This document shows, piece after piece, positions 47,835 to 60,576 of a stretch of 62,000 nucleotides of DNA. The position numbers and the translations under genes are program-made. The stretch's first letter is position 1, and each line of letters starts with the position of its first letter. The notes beneath the pieces were generated by a model. It worked only from the letters and a program-made list of their open reading frames with translations. It was not told the origin of the DNA and made no database searches. Source of the DNA: Lama guanicoe (Eukaryota); assembly GCA_013239625.1 (NCBI GenBank), contig MU053994.1, positions 1,801,775 through 1,863,774 on the forward strand. Direction: 5' to 3'.

Positions 47835-48360
47835 TAAGTCTGCGTTTTGGGCATCGCTTGCTACATGATGAGCCACCCTTATACTTAGAGGGTTAAAAAT
47901 GGCGATCGTTCTTTTGGTTCATGCATCTGTGCTCTGGGCAGGTCTCAGTGGGGAGGACTCCTCCCTGTACCACATGGCATCATCTGGGGCGGTTCACTGG
48001 GGTCCCGGAGGAGTCACCTTCCACACGACTGGTTCACACAGCTGACACGCTAGGACAGACATTTCGCTTGGAGCTCAGCCCAAGCTGAGGACCAGGGTCC
48101 ATGGTTCCTCTGCATGTAGCCGGGGCTTCCTCACAGCATGGCGGCCGGGTCCCGAGGGTAAGCATTCAGAGGGAGAGACCGGTGGAAGCCGAATCACCCT
48201 TTTATGGCTCAGCCTCAGGGGTCATATACTGCCACTTCTCTTTCGGTCAAGGCAGCCACAAAGACCCACCCAGGTTCAAGGGGAGCGGACATGGACTTAC
48301 CTCTTGATCGGGGCATATCAAGGTTCTGGAGCAGCAGGCAGGACTGGAAATATTCATGTG
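47835..48360 (-). mobile_element. MLT1 (F/H-like) solo LTR
   Basis: gggcttcctcacagcatggcggc, cccaggttcaagggga and acctcttgatcggg. Confidence 0.8.
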
Positions 48361-48906
48361 GTTATCCAGGGCTTCTTATTTGGGACCATGCTGGCACCTT
48401 CTAACCATGGTCAAAGGGAGATTTTTGGAGACCCTGAGCATTAAAAACGTTTTGCCTCGACTTTCCTAGGTACTGGCTTGGAGCTCAAAAGTTATTTGTT
48501 TAAAAAAAATATTAAATTTCAAGGCAGCTACAAAATAATACATTCAATATGATATTGTTCATATTAAAACCCATTCACAAAAATCCTAGATTTCTGTGTC
48601 TGTATATGTGTATGGAAATGCATTTTTTAAAAAAAAAAAAAAGAGAGAGAGAAAGCATCCAAGAAAACAGTGGTCATGTTTGGGAAGGGAACTTGGACTG
48701 GGAGCCACTAGGAGTAACAAAGGGGACTCTGGCTTTATCGTACAGCTTGAATAATTTACAATGGAAATGGACTCTGTTAGTTGGGTAATTTAAAATAGAA
48801 AGGAAAAAGTGAGAAAGAGAGGGAAAGTGGGAGGGAAGGGAGAAAGAAAGATGCAAAGGTTTTCAGTTGGTGTTAGAATAAAAAGCACAATTCTTAACAT
48901 GGCCCG

Positions 48907-49400
48907 TGTGGTAGATGGGATTACTGTGCCCAGCTTCTCCCTGTACCTGTGATAGAATTACACACCAACACCCTTTGCCATCTGACTGTGTGCCTCCGAG
49001 CAGACCAGATCCAGGATGGTTCCTTGTCTGCTGACTTTGGCTTTATGACTGGCTTTGACCACTGGAGTGTGGACAGAAGCAACAGTGTGCCAGTTCCCAA
49101 CCTTGGCCTTAAAAGGCCTTGTTTCCAATTGCCCTCTTGAGTTTACCCTCAGCTGTGAGAAAAGCCGGCCCCAGGAAGCTGTTTCTCCTTCAATCTTGGT
49201 CCCAGATTGAGAGAAACGTGGAGCTTTCCTGAGCCCAACCCAAAGCCCAGACCTGTAGAGCCACAGCTGAGCCCCACTGAACTACAGGCAATTGAAAGGC
49301 CTATGAGTAGGAAATAAATGCTTGATGTTGTAAGCCACGGAGATTCGGGGGGGCTGTTTGTTAAGTGGCATTAATGCAGCAGAAACCTGACGAGTACACT
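48907..49400 (+). mobile_element. MLT1I/H-like solo LTR inserted in an L2
   Basis: Starts tgtggtagatgg; contains tgactggctttgaccactgga and aataaatgcttgatgttgtaagccac; ends cctgacgagtaca. L2 sequence lies on both sides (ttcttaacatggccc / tgagaccctgagtaatctggcc). Confidence 0.8.
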
Positions 49401-49454
49401 CTATGAGACCCTGAGTAATCTGGCCCTTGACAATCCTTCCAACCCCATCTCCCC

Positions 49455-49662
49455 TTTTTTTTCTTTTATATTGAAGTATAGTTGATTTACAACATTAATT
49501 TCTGCTGTACAGCAGAGTGATTCAGTTCTACATATATATTCTTTTTCATATTCTTTTTTATTATAGATTATTACAAGCTATTGAATATAGTTCCCTGCAC
49601 TCTGCAATAGGACCCTATTGTTTATCTATCTTATATATAGTAGTTTGTATCTGCTGATCCCA
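49455..49662 (-). mobile_element. Cetartiodactyl-type L1 3' end, short 5'-truncated copy
   Basis: Poly-T then attgaagtatagttgatttacaa...gtacagcagagtgattcagtt...tgaatatagttccctg. Confidence 0.85.
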
Positions 49663-50065
49663 TTCTGCTTATACTGACCTTTTTGTTCGCCAAATTCTAG
49701 CCCCACTGACCTTTTTTAGTGCCTCAAAGGTTTGTAGTCTTCTCATGAGATATTCATTCTACCTGGACCATTTTCTACCCTTATTCTAGCTAATTCCTAC
49801 TCAGACTTCAGGTTTAGAGGATCTCATCTGAACATCCAGCACCTTCCATTTACATTAGCTTCCACCTTGTTTGGCTTTCTGATAACACCTTATCTATTCT
49901 TCATAGTCCTTAACACAGTTTATAATTTGATTTCTGTTTCTTCCCCCACTGTCCTGTGAGTTTCCTGAGGGCAGGGACCATGCTTATTGTGTTCATCAAT
50001 ATATCCCTGCTGGGAACGAGCATAGTGCCCGGACATCATGCTTTATTGAATAAACATGGCTGAGT
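49663..50065 (+). mobile_element. L2 3' region
   Basis: ctgtgagtttcctgagggcagggacc...gttcatcaatatatccc...gcatagtgcccggaca. Confidence 0.75.
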
Positions 50066-50069
50066 GTTT

Positions 50070-50740
50070 CCAGTCACACTGCAGCAATCAGAGGAGGGCC
50101 TCCTTCCCAGTGGGGATGGGCTGACATGAAAGAAGCAGGATTTAATCTGAACCCTAAAGTACAGGATGGATTTAATACGAGCAAAGACATAGCCACGGGA
50201 GACTCCCAATGCAGTGAAGGGTGCAGCGAAGGGTGGAGCAGTTGGGCTGGATCGGGGTTAATACTGAGACACGGAGGTTCAGGGCCCTTCCCTACCCAGC
50301 TGTGGAGCCCCAACTTTATCCAGCAGCCAATGGGGAGCCGTGGATGCGCTTTGAGCAAAGACGAGGAGTGATAAAGAGTCAATAGAAGTCTCTTCTGGAA
50401 GATGTCAGCAGGGAGGCCGGTAGACTGGTGTGAGGTGAGGCGGGCATGACGGATGAGAGAAGGAAGATCACTAAGCAAAGACAGTTGCAGCCAGAGGGTC
50501 AGCACAGAGTATCTCTCTCATCAAAAGAGCTCAATAAATATTTGTTGACGAAAACGACGGGATATGGGTGGGATGGGTCCACGTTTCTGCCCTGAATGAC
50601 TGGGACAAATGGCGTGACTACTAAGGGATGCGGGGAAGACAGGAGAACAGGCCAATTTGATGGAAAAAAGAATATCATTTTATATATATCGACTTCGATG
50701 GGAGCACAGGTGGTCCAGAGGGAATTTGGGGAACCGCTAG
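50070..50740 (-). mobile_element. Decayed L2 fragments
   Basis: caactttatccagcagccaatggggagccg...tttgagca and ttctggaagat. A plus-strand L2 tail (gctcaataaatatttgttga) lies at ~50500-50555. Confidence 0.6.
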
Positions 50741-50749
50741 AGAAAACGC

Positions 50750-51195
50750 CCTAGTTCAGGTTTCCCCAGAAGCCGACTCTAAGGCAAGGAGGTAAGGATT
50801 TGTGTGCTGGTGGTTTATGGGGAGATGATCTCTGGAAACACCGAGAGGGGAGTAAGAACATCAGATGGGGAAGGAAGAAACCAATAAAGGGCGAGTTTTC
50901 AAGCAAGTTAGCACTACTGGCAACTGAAGCTCAATCCTGCTGGGGACCTCTGGGGGGCAGTATCGAGCACACCCCTAAAGAGTTCTCCCACCCAAGCCAG
51001 GGCAGGGAATGGGGTCCTTACACACCGACTCCCATCAGTCCTTACTTGTGGGCTGTTCTGGGGACCACTTATTCCTTGGCACTTCTGGGTGCTGTGCAGA
51101 CAGGCAGAGAGAGCTTTGCTGGTTGAAGAAAACCCTCAGGCAAGGAGTTGGGTTCTGACAGTCGTAAGTGGGTAGTCATGCATGGAAATGGTATA
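50750..51195 (-). mobile_element. LTR33-like (ERVL) solo LTR
   Basis: ttccccagaagccgactctaaggcaagga, caagcaagttagcactactggcaactgaagctcaatcctgctgggga and ccctcaggca. Confidence 0.8.
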
Positions 51196-51477
51196 TTTTT
51201 AGTCCCAGACACATCCCTAGATCCTTGCAAGTATCATCACTTTCATCCTCAGAAGAACCTTTTTAAAGATGAGGAAAGAGAGTCCCAGAGTAGTCACTAA
51301 CAGCTGTAAGTTGAGTCTCATTTCGCCAGAGGGATCAGCCAGAAGACAGGAGACTGGTCCTTGCAGGGCATCGGCAGCACTCAGAAACTTCCAGCCCCAA
51401 GAGTCCCCTGTAGTCAGAGGGGATGAAGGCAGACAGAAAGAACTCTTGCGAGAACCACGGTAATGGCCGCCATGTTT

Positions 51478-51900
51478 AACCTCCTGGGTAATAACGTGTC
51501 ACCAAAGACAAAGTTAGGAAAGACAGTGGAAACCCGACTCTTGTAAGTCGGTGGACTGAGTGATTGTCATTCTGAGATTCTGAAGGAAATGAAGCATGTA
51601 AATGGCACCGAGGTAGACAGAGATGAGAAACTTACTCCTGAGGATGAGTAGAGCGTCACGCTAGTGAGTTCGCTCTGGGTGGCTCATCTCGGGGCTGTCC
51701 TACTAGGTGCCAAGCTGCACAGCTCATCTCACTCCTGGGAAGACCAGGGAAATATTGAAGGGCCAGGTGCTGCCAAGAGAACACACCAAGGACGAAAATA
51801 AAGGAAATTAATGTATTGATGCTGTTAGAAGGCAAAGAATTGGTTTTGAAGAATTGGAGCGAATGGCTGGGAAAAGATGGACCAGAAACCCTGGAAAGCT
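51478..51900 (+). mobile_element. Ancient RTE-clade LINE remnant (MamRTE/L4-like), RT C-terminal region
   Basis: Manual translation gives collinear RTE-like motifs: SWV/RVTKDKVRK (51482-51521, one frameshift), TREILKGQV (~51743-51769), PRTK (51786-51797) and CIDAVRRQRIGFEELERMAGKRW (51812-51880). Confidence 0.5.
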
Positions 51901-53109
51901 CAGTTAATGCGAAACAAATTATTAATCATTAACGGTAGTTGGAAAACAGGCTTGTGCAGGCAGATGAAAGGGAGCAGGGCTGGGAAGTCTGTAGAGAGGG
52001 AGACGCTCCATCATCTTTAAGTATGTGAGAGGTGACTGGTTCTTCTCTTGTAATTTGGTGACGATCACTGAGGCAGTGGAGCGGGGGAGGGCTGGGCGAA
52101 GAGGGAAAGGTGATTCTATCAAAATACCTGAGGAGATTTTTCAAAATACAGGTGACTCGTGCTACCTGGAACTTTGGCAGATCTCTCAGGATGTCTATCT
52201 CATGCTTGCTTTGGTATCTGATATCTTTCGTCCTGTAGTCTCGTCAAAACTGCCATTTTCATGTCCTGAGAGTGGGCCTCACCAAACGCCCTCCTGCTGG
52301 CTTCCACAAAAAAAAAAAGGGCTTCCAGAAAGTTCTTTCTCCCCCATGGCCCCTCTGACCAACACCCAGGCGAGACTGTGGAGGCCCCAGAACAAGACCA
52401 GGTTGGCCTCACGCATCGTTGTCCCTCCCGGCCCTCGTACACAGTCAAACACTAGATCGTTGAATGGATGACACACATCCCCAACCTAACCAGGATGACC
52501 ACTTCCAGAAATTTCCTCAAAAGCAGGGAGATGACCGAAGGCACCATGGCCTTTTGTCAGGTGGAAAGGGTCAAAGGTGAAATGCCCAGGAGACTGGGCC
52601 TCTTAAAAGAAACGTCAGTCCTTTCAGTCACAAGAGGCAGAGGCGGCAGCAAACTGGGGCTGGCTGTGCTGTGACGGGGCTCCCGGGGGTGCCGTGGCAG
52701 CCCCAGCTCCAGGGGCTGATGTGGCAGCTGTGGCTTTCGTAGCTGTCACGGCTGTCGTGCGATCTCAGCTCCCTCAGGAAGGGGCTGCTGAGGAAGATCC
52801 CAGGCAGGCTGCCCTTGTCTTGGGCCCCGGGTGATTTATGACCACATCTACACACACACACTCGCTCATCCTGTCCACAGACTGAATCCAGGCTGAGGCC
52901 CATAAAATAGGCAACAGCTATTGGCAAATTCATTAATTAGGATTCTGTTTGTACTTTTATTGTGAAGGAAAATCATTTGTCAGCTGAAAGTCAGACTCAG
53001 TGCCTGATGAGAACTGTTATTCTAAGACGGTATTGACTGACCACTCTACGTGGCATTCCCTCGCTCTCCCATCTCCGCTGTCCCAGCCCATCCTCATCCT
53101 GGGCCGAGG

Positions 53110-53645
53110 AAGCTTCCTGCCCCTCTGGGTGGGCCTACCCCCTTCTTCCCTGCCAACTGAACCCTGATTTTGTCCAGGGAAAGGGCATTCGATAGGCGTC
53201 AAGGGCGACTGGCCCCCTCCCAGCCCCAGAGGGTGAAACTTGATAAGCTAAAGCCAGTCGTGGCAACTCCATTTCCTGTGCCAGCGACACAGTCCTGACC
53301 GACGGGTGTGAGAGCAAGTCTGCGAGGCCTCTTTTACAAGGGCTCGAAGAAGGAACATTCTCTTGTCAAGCCTTTGACTTGTGTTAGAATGTGACACCTG
53401 GAACCATGAAGTCCTCTTGGGAACACGAGGAGGCAAGACAGAGGACCAACAACAGCGTGTTGAGGACGGCGGAGCAAAAAGGCAGAAGGGACCTGGTCTT
53501 CAAAGCCAACCACAAGCAGTGAATTAACCAACCCACGGATTGCCCTGCCTCCGGGCTTCCGGGTCACAGGAGGTGATAATCGCCCTATTGTCTATGCCAC
53601 TTTGAGTGACCTTTTTGTTATTAGAACTGAAAGCATTGACTATAG
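53110..53645 (+). mobile_element. MLT1K-like solo LTR
   Basis: aactgaaccctgattttgtccaggg, tgaggacggcggagcaaaaaggcagaagggacctgg and actgaaagcatt. Confidence 0.75.
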
Positions 53646-53968
53646 CTGCCAACATCCTGCTACCTTATATTATAACCAGCTAAAACAAAAATGACTTCCA
53701 GAATGATGCCCATTCCAAGAGCAGGTAACGGCCCTGCTCCGGACAGTGTATGCGGCTGTCCAACTTCAGACACACCCTAGACTCCAGTCTCCTTGTCTTT
53801 GTTGGGAAAGAGCCAAAAGCCTCCCTGTGAACCACTTTCTCAACAGCATCCTGCTATTACTGATGGAAACCACCCTCCTCACCAAAAAAAATCAAGACAC
53901 TTCAGAGTTTGCAAACACAATACACACACACACACTTACACACATAATCATCTCGTATGTGGATATCT

Positions 53969-54391
53969 TTCCTATGGATTGACTTGTGTCCGCCCTCAAA
54001 AAATTCATATACTGAAGCCCTAATACTCATAATGAGACTGCATTAAGAAATAGAATTGCTGTAAATGTAATTAATTAAGGTGAGGTCATCCTGGAGTAGG
54101 GCGGGCCCTAATCCAATAGGACCCAGTGAAAAGGGGAAGTGTGGACACAGACATGTACACAGGGAAATGCCACGTGCAGACTGGAATTCTGCTGCACAAG
54201 CCAACGAACTACCAGAAACTGAGAGAGACCTGAAACAGAGCCTTCCCTTGCGCCTTCAGAGGGAGCGTGGCCCTGCTGACACCTTGATCTCAGACTTCTA
54301 GCCTCCAGATCTGTCAGATCATACATTTCTGGTGTTTTAAGCTCCCCCGGTTTGTTGTAATTTGTTACAGCAGCCTTAGGAAATTAATCCA
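53969..54391 (+). mobile_element. MLT1B solo LTR
   Basis: gaggtcatcctggagtagggcgggccctaatccaata and ggccctgctgacaccttgatctcagacttctagcctccaga; ends ggaaattaatcca. Confidence 0.9.
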
Positions 54392-55044
54392 GTCTCTTAG
54401 ATGAGTGTCAGGGCTGCTGGGATGGGCAGAGGTAGAGTTCACCTATGGGGGCCAATAAAGCCAAGGCCATACCTTTCGGACGGAGCCCAGGTCTTCCCTA
54501 AATTGTTAAGTGCCTCCTAGGGCCCTCAGACACCGAGCCAGCTGGGCAGGCCAGCTGGGCAGCCGTCCAGAACACGAGTCTGTTAGAGGGTCCAAAATAT
54601 CGCTGGAATAAATAGAAATACCTAGGGCCGCTGACGCACATTTCCACAAGCTCCCACCAAAGTAAACAGCAGCCTTCTACGGAAATTTAAAAAAACACCC
54701 CTGACTGGGGCTGACCCCCTCTTTGGGTATTTCTTGTCATATGTGTATAGAGTTGCGATCACTGAAATTCTGCAACCAAATAAAGCATGGCAGAACTTTC
54801 CTACTTAACGCAAACAATACTTCATTTTATCATATAATTTGTAAACCCTTCAATATGCTTCTGCCACCAAATTGTCTGACTTGAGAAACTGCCAAAGGAA
54901 ACTGATGTGAGTTAAAGAACTACAAAAAGCATAAGAGATGTTTGCCATATTTTTAGCCCATTAATTTTTTCTACAGCCAGGGGAGGTAAATTAGAGAGTA
55001 AATCTGTCTGCATAAAACGTTTTAATTAATAAGTTTGGCAGAGT

Positions 55045-55639
55045 ATGCTTCTAAGCCCACAGCATCCTTGGTCCCCTTTCTCCGTGTGAAGAGAATCAGC
55101 TCTTCACGTGGCCACCCCGAATAAAGACTCTAATTCCCAGATCTCAGAGCTAGGAGTGACCACGTAGATGAGTTCTGGCCAATGAGATACATTCAGAAAT
55201 ATCATGTGACAGTTCTGGGAAGCCTCTGCTGTTTCTTCTTCATCCTTTAGGATCAGAATGCAGCTGTAAGAGTCATCTCGGACCTCGAGGTGACCTGGGC
55301 ATGGGAGGCCACGCATGGCAGAACAGCAAGATAAAGAAGTGTGGGTTCCTAAAGACTCCATAGAACAGAGCTTCCCTGTCCAGTGTAGACCACTAGTGAG
55401 AGGGGAATCTGTTTCTTCCCCAATATGAAGGGGCACCAAATTATTCCCCCGTGTGGAGTGCTGTTGAATCTTGACGTGGCCTTGACCAGAGAAAGCATGC
55501 TCTCTCTCTTGGATTAGCCTCCATGAAGGGACTGCTGGGTGGTAGGTGGCATGATGGTGACCCTGTGAAGAAAGAGACCAGGCATTGGAAAGGGCAAGAT
55601 CCCAAGTCCTGTGTGAATGCGAAGAAAGCTGGGAGCCAC
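55045..55639 (+). mobile_element. MLT1J-like LTR
   Basis: tgaccacgtagatgagttctggccaatgagat and gcatggcagaacagcaagataaagaag. Confidence 0.65.
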
Positions 55640-56140
55640 AGTCGTGGTTTTCCAGCATGGCTACAAATCCTTTGACCTTCCTCCCCTCAAGAGGTAGAAT
55701 CCAATGTCTTCCCCTTGGATGTGGGCCAGCCTTAGTGATGGCTTCTAACAGAATCCGGTGGAAGTGACACTGGGTGATTTCCAAGGCTGGGTTGTAAAAG
55801 GTGTAATGGCACCCACATGGCTCTCTCTCAGGGCACTGGCCCAGGGAACCCAGCTGCCATGTTGTGAGGAAGCCAAGAGCCTCTTGGAGAGGCCACACAT
55901 AGGCGTTCAATCTACAATCTAACTGGTATCTCAGCCTGCGACCCGCATTAACACCAGACTTATGAGTGAGAGAGCCTCCAGACACTCCACCCCCAGCTTC
56001 GAGCCACCCCAGCTGACACCAAGTAGAGCAGAGATGAGCTGTCCCTCCTGAGCCCTGCCCAAATTGTGTATTCATGAGTAAAATTAATGTCATTACTTCA
56101 AGCCACTAAGTTTGGGGATGCTTTGTTATATAGCAAGAGA
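55640..56140 (+). mobile_element. MLT1F/G-like solo LTR
   Basis: atggctacaaatcctttgac, cccagctgccatgttgtgaggaagcc and aagccactaagtttggggatgctttgttatatagcaa. Confidence 0.85.
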
Positions 56141-56755
56141 TCCTTGCAACAGTCACCTGCTCTGCCCCACAAGCATGCATGCCAGCATATGTGAGTCCCC
56201 TGCAACCATACAGGCTTCTGGAAAGTTCCAATTTCATTGCAGTGGGCTCCTGAGAAAAAAGCAGGAGTCCTGGGCCACACCTGGGTTAGAGGGCTAAAGG
56301 GACCACAGTCTGGTGGTGTCAAGTGTCCAAAATGAGAGCGATCAGGATGGAGGGAGCCAGCAGCCCCTCCCTGCCCGGCAGCTCTAATCTGAGAGCGTGT
56401 GTAGGCTTGTGTGTGCACACAAGTGCACTTACACCCACACCCACGGAGACAAGGGAGAAGATGAACCCCAGTCTGGAGTCCCACCCCCAGGACCCACATG
56501 CAGCACTCCTCAGCCCTCATCTTGCCACCTGAAGCTTCTCCTTCTAGAGCCACCCGAGAGGGCCTGGGTGTCACTTCCCTAAGGTCAGCGGCATTACCCA
56601 GGTAGACACGACATTTCTGGGAGGGTTTCTCGAAATGAATCCCTGAGCCACATTGAATGAAACTCTCAGCATTAAGAGAGGGATGAGATGTGCCTGAGAA
56701 CCTCCCTGGTGGGAGACTCTCTACAACTCTCTGCTAAGAGTTAAAGGCCCCTCCC

Positions 56756-57154
56756 CACTATGGCTGGAATTGTGTCCCTCCCCCCACCATCCCAAATTCA
56801 TATATGGAAGCCCTGAACCCTCATGTGATCATATTCTGAAATTGGGCCTTCAGGGAGGTAAGTGAGATCAAATGAGGTCATGAGGGTGGGGCCCTGATCC
56901 AATAGGATAAGCGTACTGAGAGGAAGAGACACCAGAGAGCTTACTTAATCTTTCCACGTATGCACAGAAGAAAGGCCATGTGAAAACACAGCAAGAAGGT
57001 GACTGTCTACAAGCTAAGGAATGAGGCCTCAGGAGAAGCCAATTCTAGTTGATCTGGGACATCCAGCCTCCAGAACTGTGACAAAATAAATGTCTGTTGG
57101 TTAAGCCATCCAGCCTGTGGCATTTGGTTATAGCGGCCCAGGCAGACTAAGACA
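56756..57154 (+). mobile_element. MLT1A0 solo LTR
   Basis: gaggtcatgagggtggggccctgatccaatagga and ccagcctccagaactgtgacaaaataaatgtctgttggttaagcca; ends gactaagaca. Confidence 0.92.
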
Positions 57155-58024
57155 TTTCCTGAGAGAAACAAAGAGGGAAGGACTGTGAGAAAGATGTCAC
57201 CCCAGGCTCTTGTAGCTTGGCTGTTGGTGGCACAGGGAAGGGGTTTCTCTTGATACATCCTCAGTGGCACAGTCCCATGCAGGGGTCCCTGGCCGGCAGC
57301 ATGACTGGAGGGACGTTTGCTGGGAAAGCCCCATCCTTACATCTTTCCCCTGAAATTACCCCTGATCTTAAGCATTCTCTCTCCACACAGTCCTGTGGTC
57401 AGACGTGAACTCTCCCAGAGGAATGCCATGCCCTCCCTGTGCACATGTTTGTCTGCTGGGCAGCAGGAGCTAGGGGCGGCTGGGCAATCCCTCTGGCCAG
57501 GACTCTGGGGAGACCTCTGAAAACAACTGCCTGACTTCCCCTGCATCTTTCCCCGAAGCCAGTAGCCTGGCAGTCTCTCCTCAGCTCAGAACGAGCCCAC
57601 CCACCTCTCTTCCAGCAGCCCTGCTGGCCTGGCAATTCCTGCTGCTCCGCAGCTGCCAACATCTGTCAGCCTTCCCTCCAGGCTGCCTTTGTGCTTTGAA
57701 TGTAAGTGTATTTATGACCGATTCCCCACCCTCCCCCCACCCCCACTCCATTCCTTTACAGGGGGAAAGGAAAGCTGAATCTGTACTGCGGGGCTGAAAG
57801 ATCCCTTCACCTCCCCACCCCATCTCATCCAGCCTTCTGGTTGTTTCCTCTAGCTCCCCCTTAAGGGCCCCATGCAGGGACCCCTACGCCACCAGGCTGC
57901 CATCTGCCCTACTTGCACACCAGCTCAGCAGAGCTGCACTGCGATCAACACAGACGAGCTGGCAGAGCTCCAAGACTTCCAGGTTAGGACCCCGGCTTGC
58001 AACGTGTTACTAAGCAATCCTTCG

Positions 58025-58590
58025 TTAGGCGTTCATTCAGCAAATTCTCAATCAATATTCGTCTCACAGGCATGGGCCCAGCCCGGTGCTAGGTGCACGG
58101 AGCAAGGTACGCGGGGTCCCTGCTTTCTTCTTCGGGGGGAGAGAGACAGACGGCAAACAAATGAGCAAGTGGCAGATGGCGGTTAATCATACTCTAAGAA
58201 CCAAAACCAGGTGCTGTGGTGGAGTGACTGGGGAGCTCCTTTAGGTGGGTGGCCAGGTAAGGACTCCTCCTTCGGGGGATCTGTAAACTGAGATCCGAAA
58301 GACATGAAGAAGCCAGCCATGTAATTACTGGATGGAAGGGCATTCCAGGAAGAGGGAACAGCCAGTACGAAAGCCCTGAGGTGGATACAAGCTTGATGTG
58401 TTCTAGGACGAGCGGGAAGGCCAGTGTGCCTGCAATTCCCAGAAAGGCAATGGGAGATGACAGCACAGATCTCAACAGGGGCCAAGACACAGGGTTGCGG
58501 ACACCAAGGTAAGGAGCTGGGATTTCAACTGAGGTTAGAGAGGGGAGGTGACCTAATCAGATTTATAGTTTTTAGAAGATTGCTCTGCCC
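58025..58590 (-). mobile_element. L2 3' region
   Basis: ttcattcagcaaa, gcattccaggaagagggaacagccagtacgaaagccctgagg and ttttagaagattgctctg. Confidence 0.85.
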
Positions 58591-59280
58591 ATGAGATACC
58601 TATTAATTATAAAGGGGGAATCGTAACAAAAATCTGGCAGACAGCACCTTCACCAAGTGATCAAAGTGAACATCACCAGTAAGGGATTAAATGGACATCA
58701 CATGCCTCCCGATATGCCACACTGAGCAGGACACAAGTCACCTCGGTGGGGTTTCTGCCAAACATGCAGAACCTGAATCTAGTCAGGAAACATCAGACGA
58801 AACCAACTAAGGGACGGTCTACAAAGTCACCAGCCTGTGTTCTTCAGAAGCATTCATGAAACAAAAAACAAAGAGACTAAGGGACCATGCCAGATTAAAG
58901 GAGATTAAAGAGACGTGACAATGGAATACAATATATGATTCTAGATCAGCTTCTGGGCCAGAAAAAAAAAATTTTATTTCCTTTGCTATAAAGAACATGA
59001 GTGGGACAACTAATGAGAATTGAATAAGATCTGTCAATCAAGAAATAGCATTGTATCAGTGCTCATCTCCTGATTTTGATAAACTAGATTGTGATCATTT
59101 TAAGAGAATGTCCTTGCTTTGTTTTTGCTGTATTTTTTAGGAAATACACTCTGAAATATTTAGGGACAAAGGAGCACCACATCTGCAAATTAATCTCAAA
59201 AGTTTCAGGAGGAAAAAAAGTGTGTGTGGAGAGAAAAAGAGCTTGAAAATTGGTAAAATGTTAATATTTGGGGAAGGAGG
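58591..59280 (+). mobile_element. L1MC (MC3/MC4-like) 3' region
   Basis: accaagtgatcaaagtgaacatcaccagtaa, ggaaacatcagac and taggaaatacactctgaaatattta. Confidence 0.85.
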
Positions 59281-60576
59281 GACTGGCTGCAGCCGCAGCG
59301 GCCACATCGCTTGCAACCCAGAGCATCCTTCACTGACTGACAGCCCGTTGGCTGGCCTCAGCCCCTCAGGAAATAAGGCTCTCTGGGCCTCAGCAGACCT
59401 TGACAAAGATCCTTTTGACCCAAGCTAGGGCAGGTTCTGGAAGAATCAAGGATCAGGCTTCCTCAGGGGCCCACCCCTCGGGGCCTGGTGCGGGAGTGGG
59501 GGTGGGGCAGGGAGACAACGGGGCCCATCTAAACCAGCAGGGGTTCCTCGGCACATCAGGCACCGCATTCATTAAACAGGGGCTAGCCGCGGGGCTCCTC
59601 CGACAGGGCGCCTCCAGACACCGAGTTCCCCTGCAGGTGGACCGGTACGTCTCAGCCCCGAGCACTCGGGCTGCCCGGTGGTCTGATGATTCTGAGCAAA
59701 TGTGCCGTTGCCTGCCGCCCTACTTTATCACACACAGAAGCAGACAGCGCTGTCGGGAAGGACAAGGGAGGCTTACACATCCCACATTTGCTGCTCGTTC
59801 CCGTTTAGCAGTTCACAATTTGACACCTGCAGCCCGCTTTGCTGGATTAGAGGCATTTGCGGCCTGCAGGAAAAGGAAGCCTAAATGTAGACGTGGTGAT
59901 AGATTGTTATCAGCAGGTCCCTAGGATAGCCTGGTCCTTTATCCTTGCAAAGCCTTTCACGGACACGGCCGAAGCGTGGTGACTCAGAATCGGGAGCAGC
60001 CGGGCCATGGGTCTGGGTGGCAAGGTCGGCCTGTGTGTCAGGCCCCGCCCCTGGCACCCGGCCAGCTGGAAGGCTGGGAGGCTGGAGGTTTGCAGGCTCA
60101 TAAAAAGAAAACGTCTGCTCCTCCACCAGACAAGAATGCGCCGGGTTCAGCAGGGAAAGGAGGGCCCTGCTGGTGCCGCGACTTTCACGCCCAAGGCAGT
60201 GTCATCCTTCAGATCGGGAGGCTGGCGAAGATCTGCTGGCTCTTCAGGGCAGATGTCACAGCACAGACAGGGGAGGACTACGCCACTGGTCTCCTTGCAG
60301 GGATCCCAGTAGCAGGTGAGGAAACTGGGGCACCAGGATATGCAATGACTTAGCCTGAGACCACCACTAATAACTGCTCCCCCACCCCTGCTTCCCAATG
60401 TTAGCAAGACCTCTGGGAAACTCAGGGACATAGAGCAATGATGACCTTCACCTTCCAAGGTAGCCTGCCCCTGAGGCTTCAGCGCTCACAAGTTTTGCCC
60501 GGGCTGGGGCAAGCTTATGATGGTTTTTCTCTTTTTCAGAATCTCTCCCTCTGACTTGAAATGGCATTGCATCAAG

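Noticed and set aside
49950..50200. Oppositely oriented L2 pieces, as in miR-28/151-type hairpins
   Set aside because: The adjoining segments come from different parts of L2, and I could not see complementary arms.
54960..54995. Possible 9-nt microexon ttttttctacag|CCAGGGGAG|gtaaat
   Set aside because: The donor is weak and no host gene or flanking exons are visible. Chance is likely without junction reads.
55104..56093. Longest ORF in the track (329 aa, minus strand)
   Set aside because: It lies antisense across two MLT1 LTRs, has no recognisable domain, and is best explained as a chance open frame.
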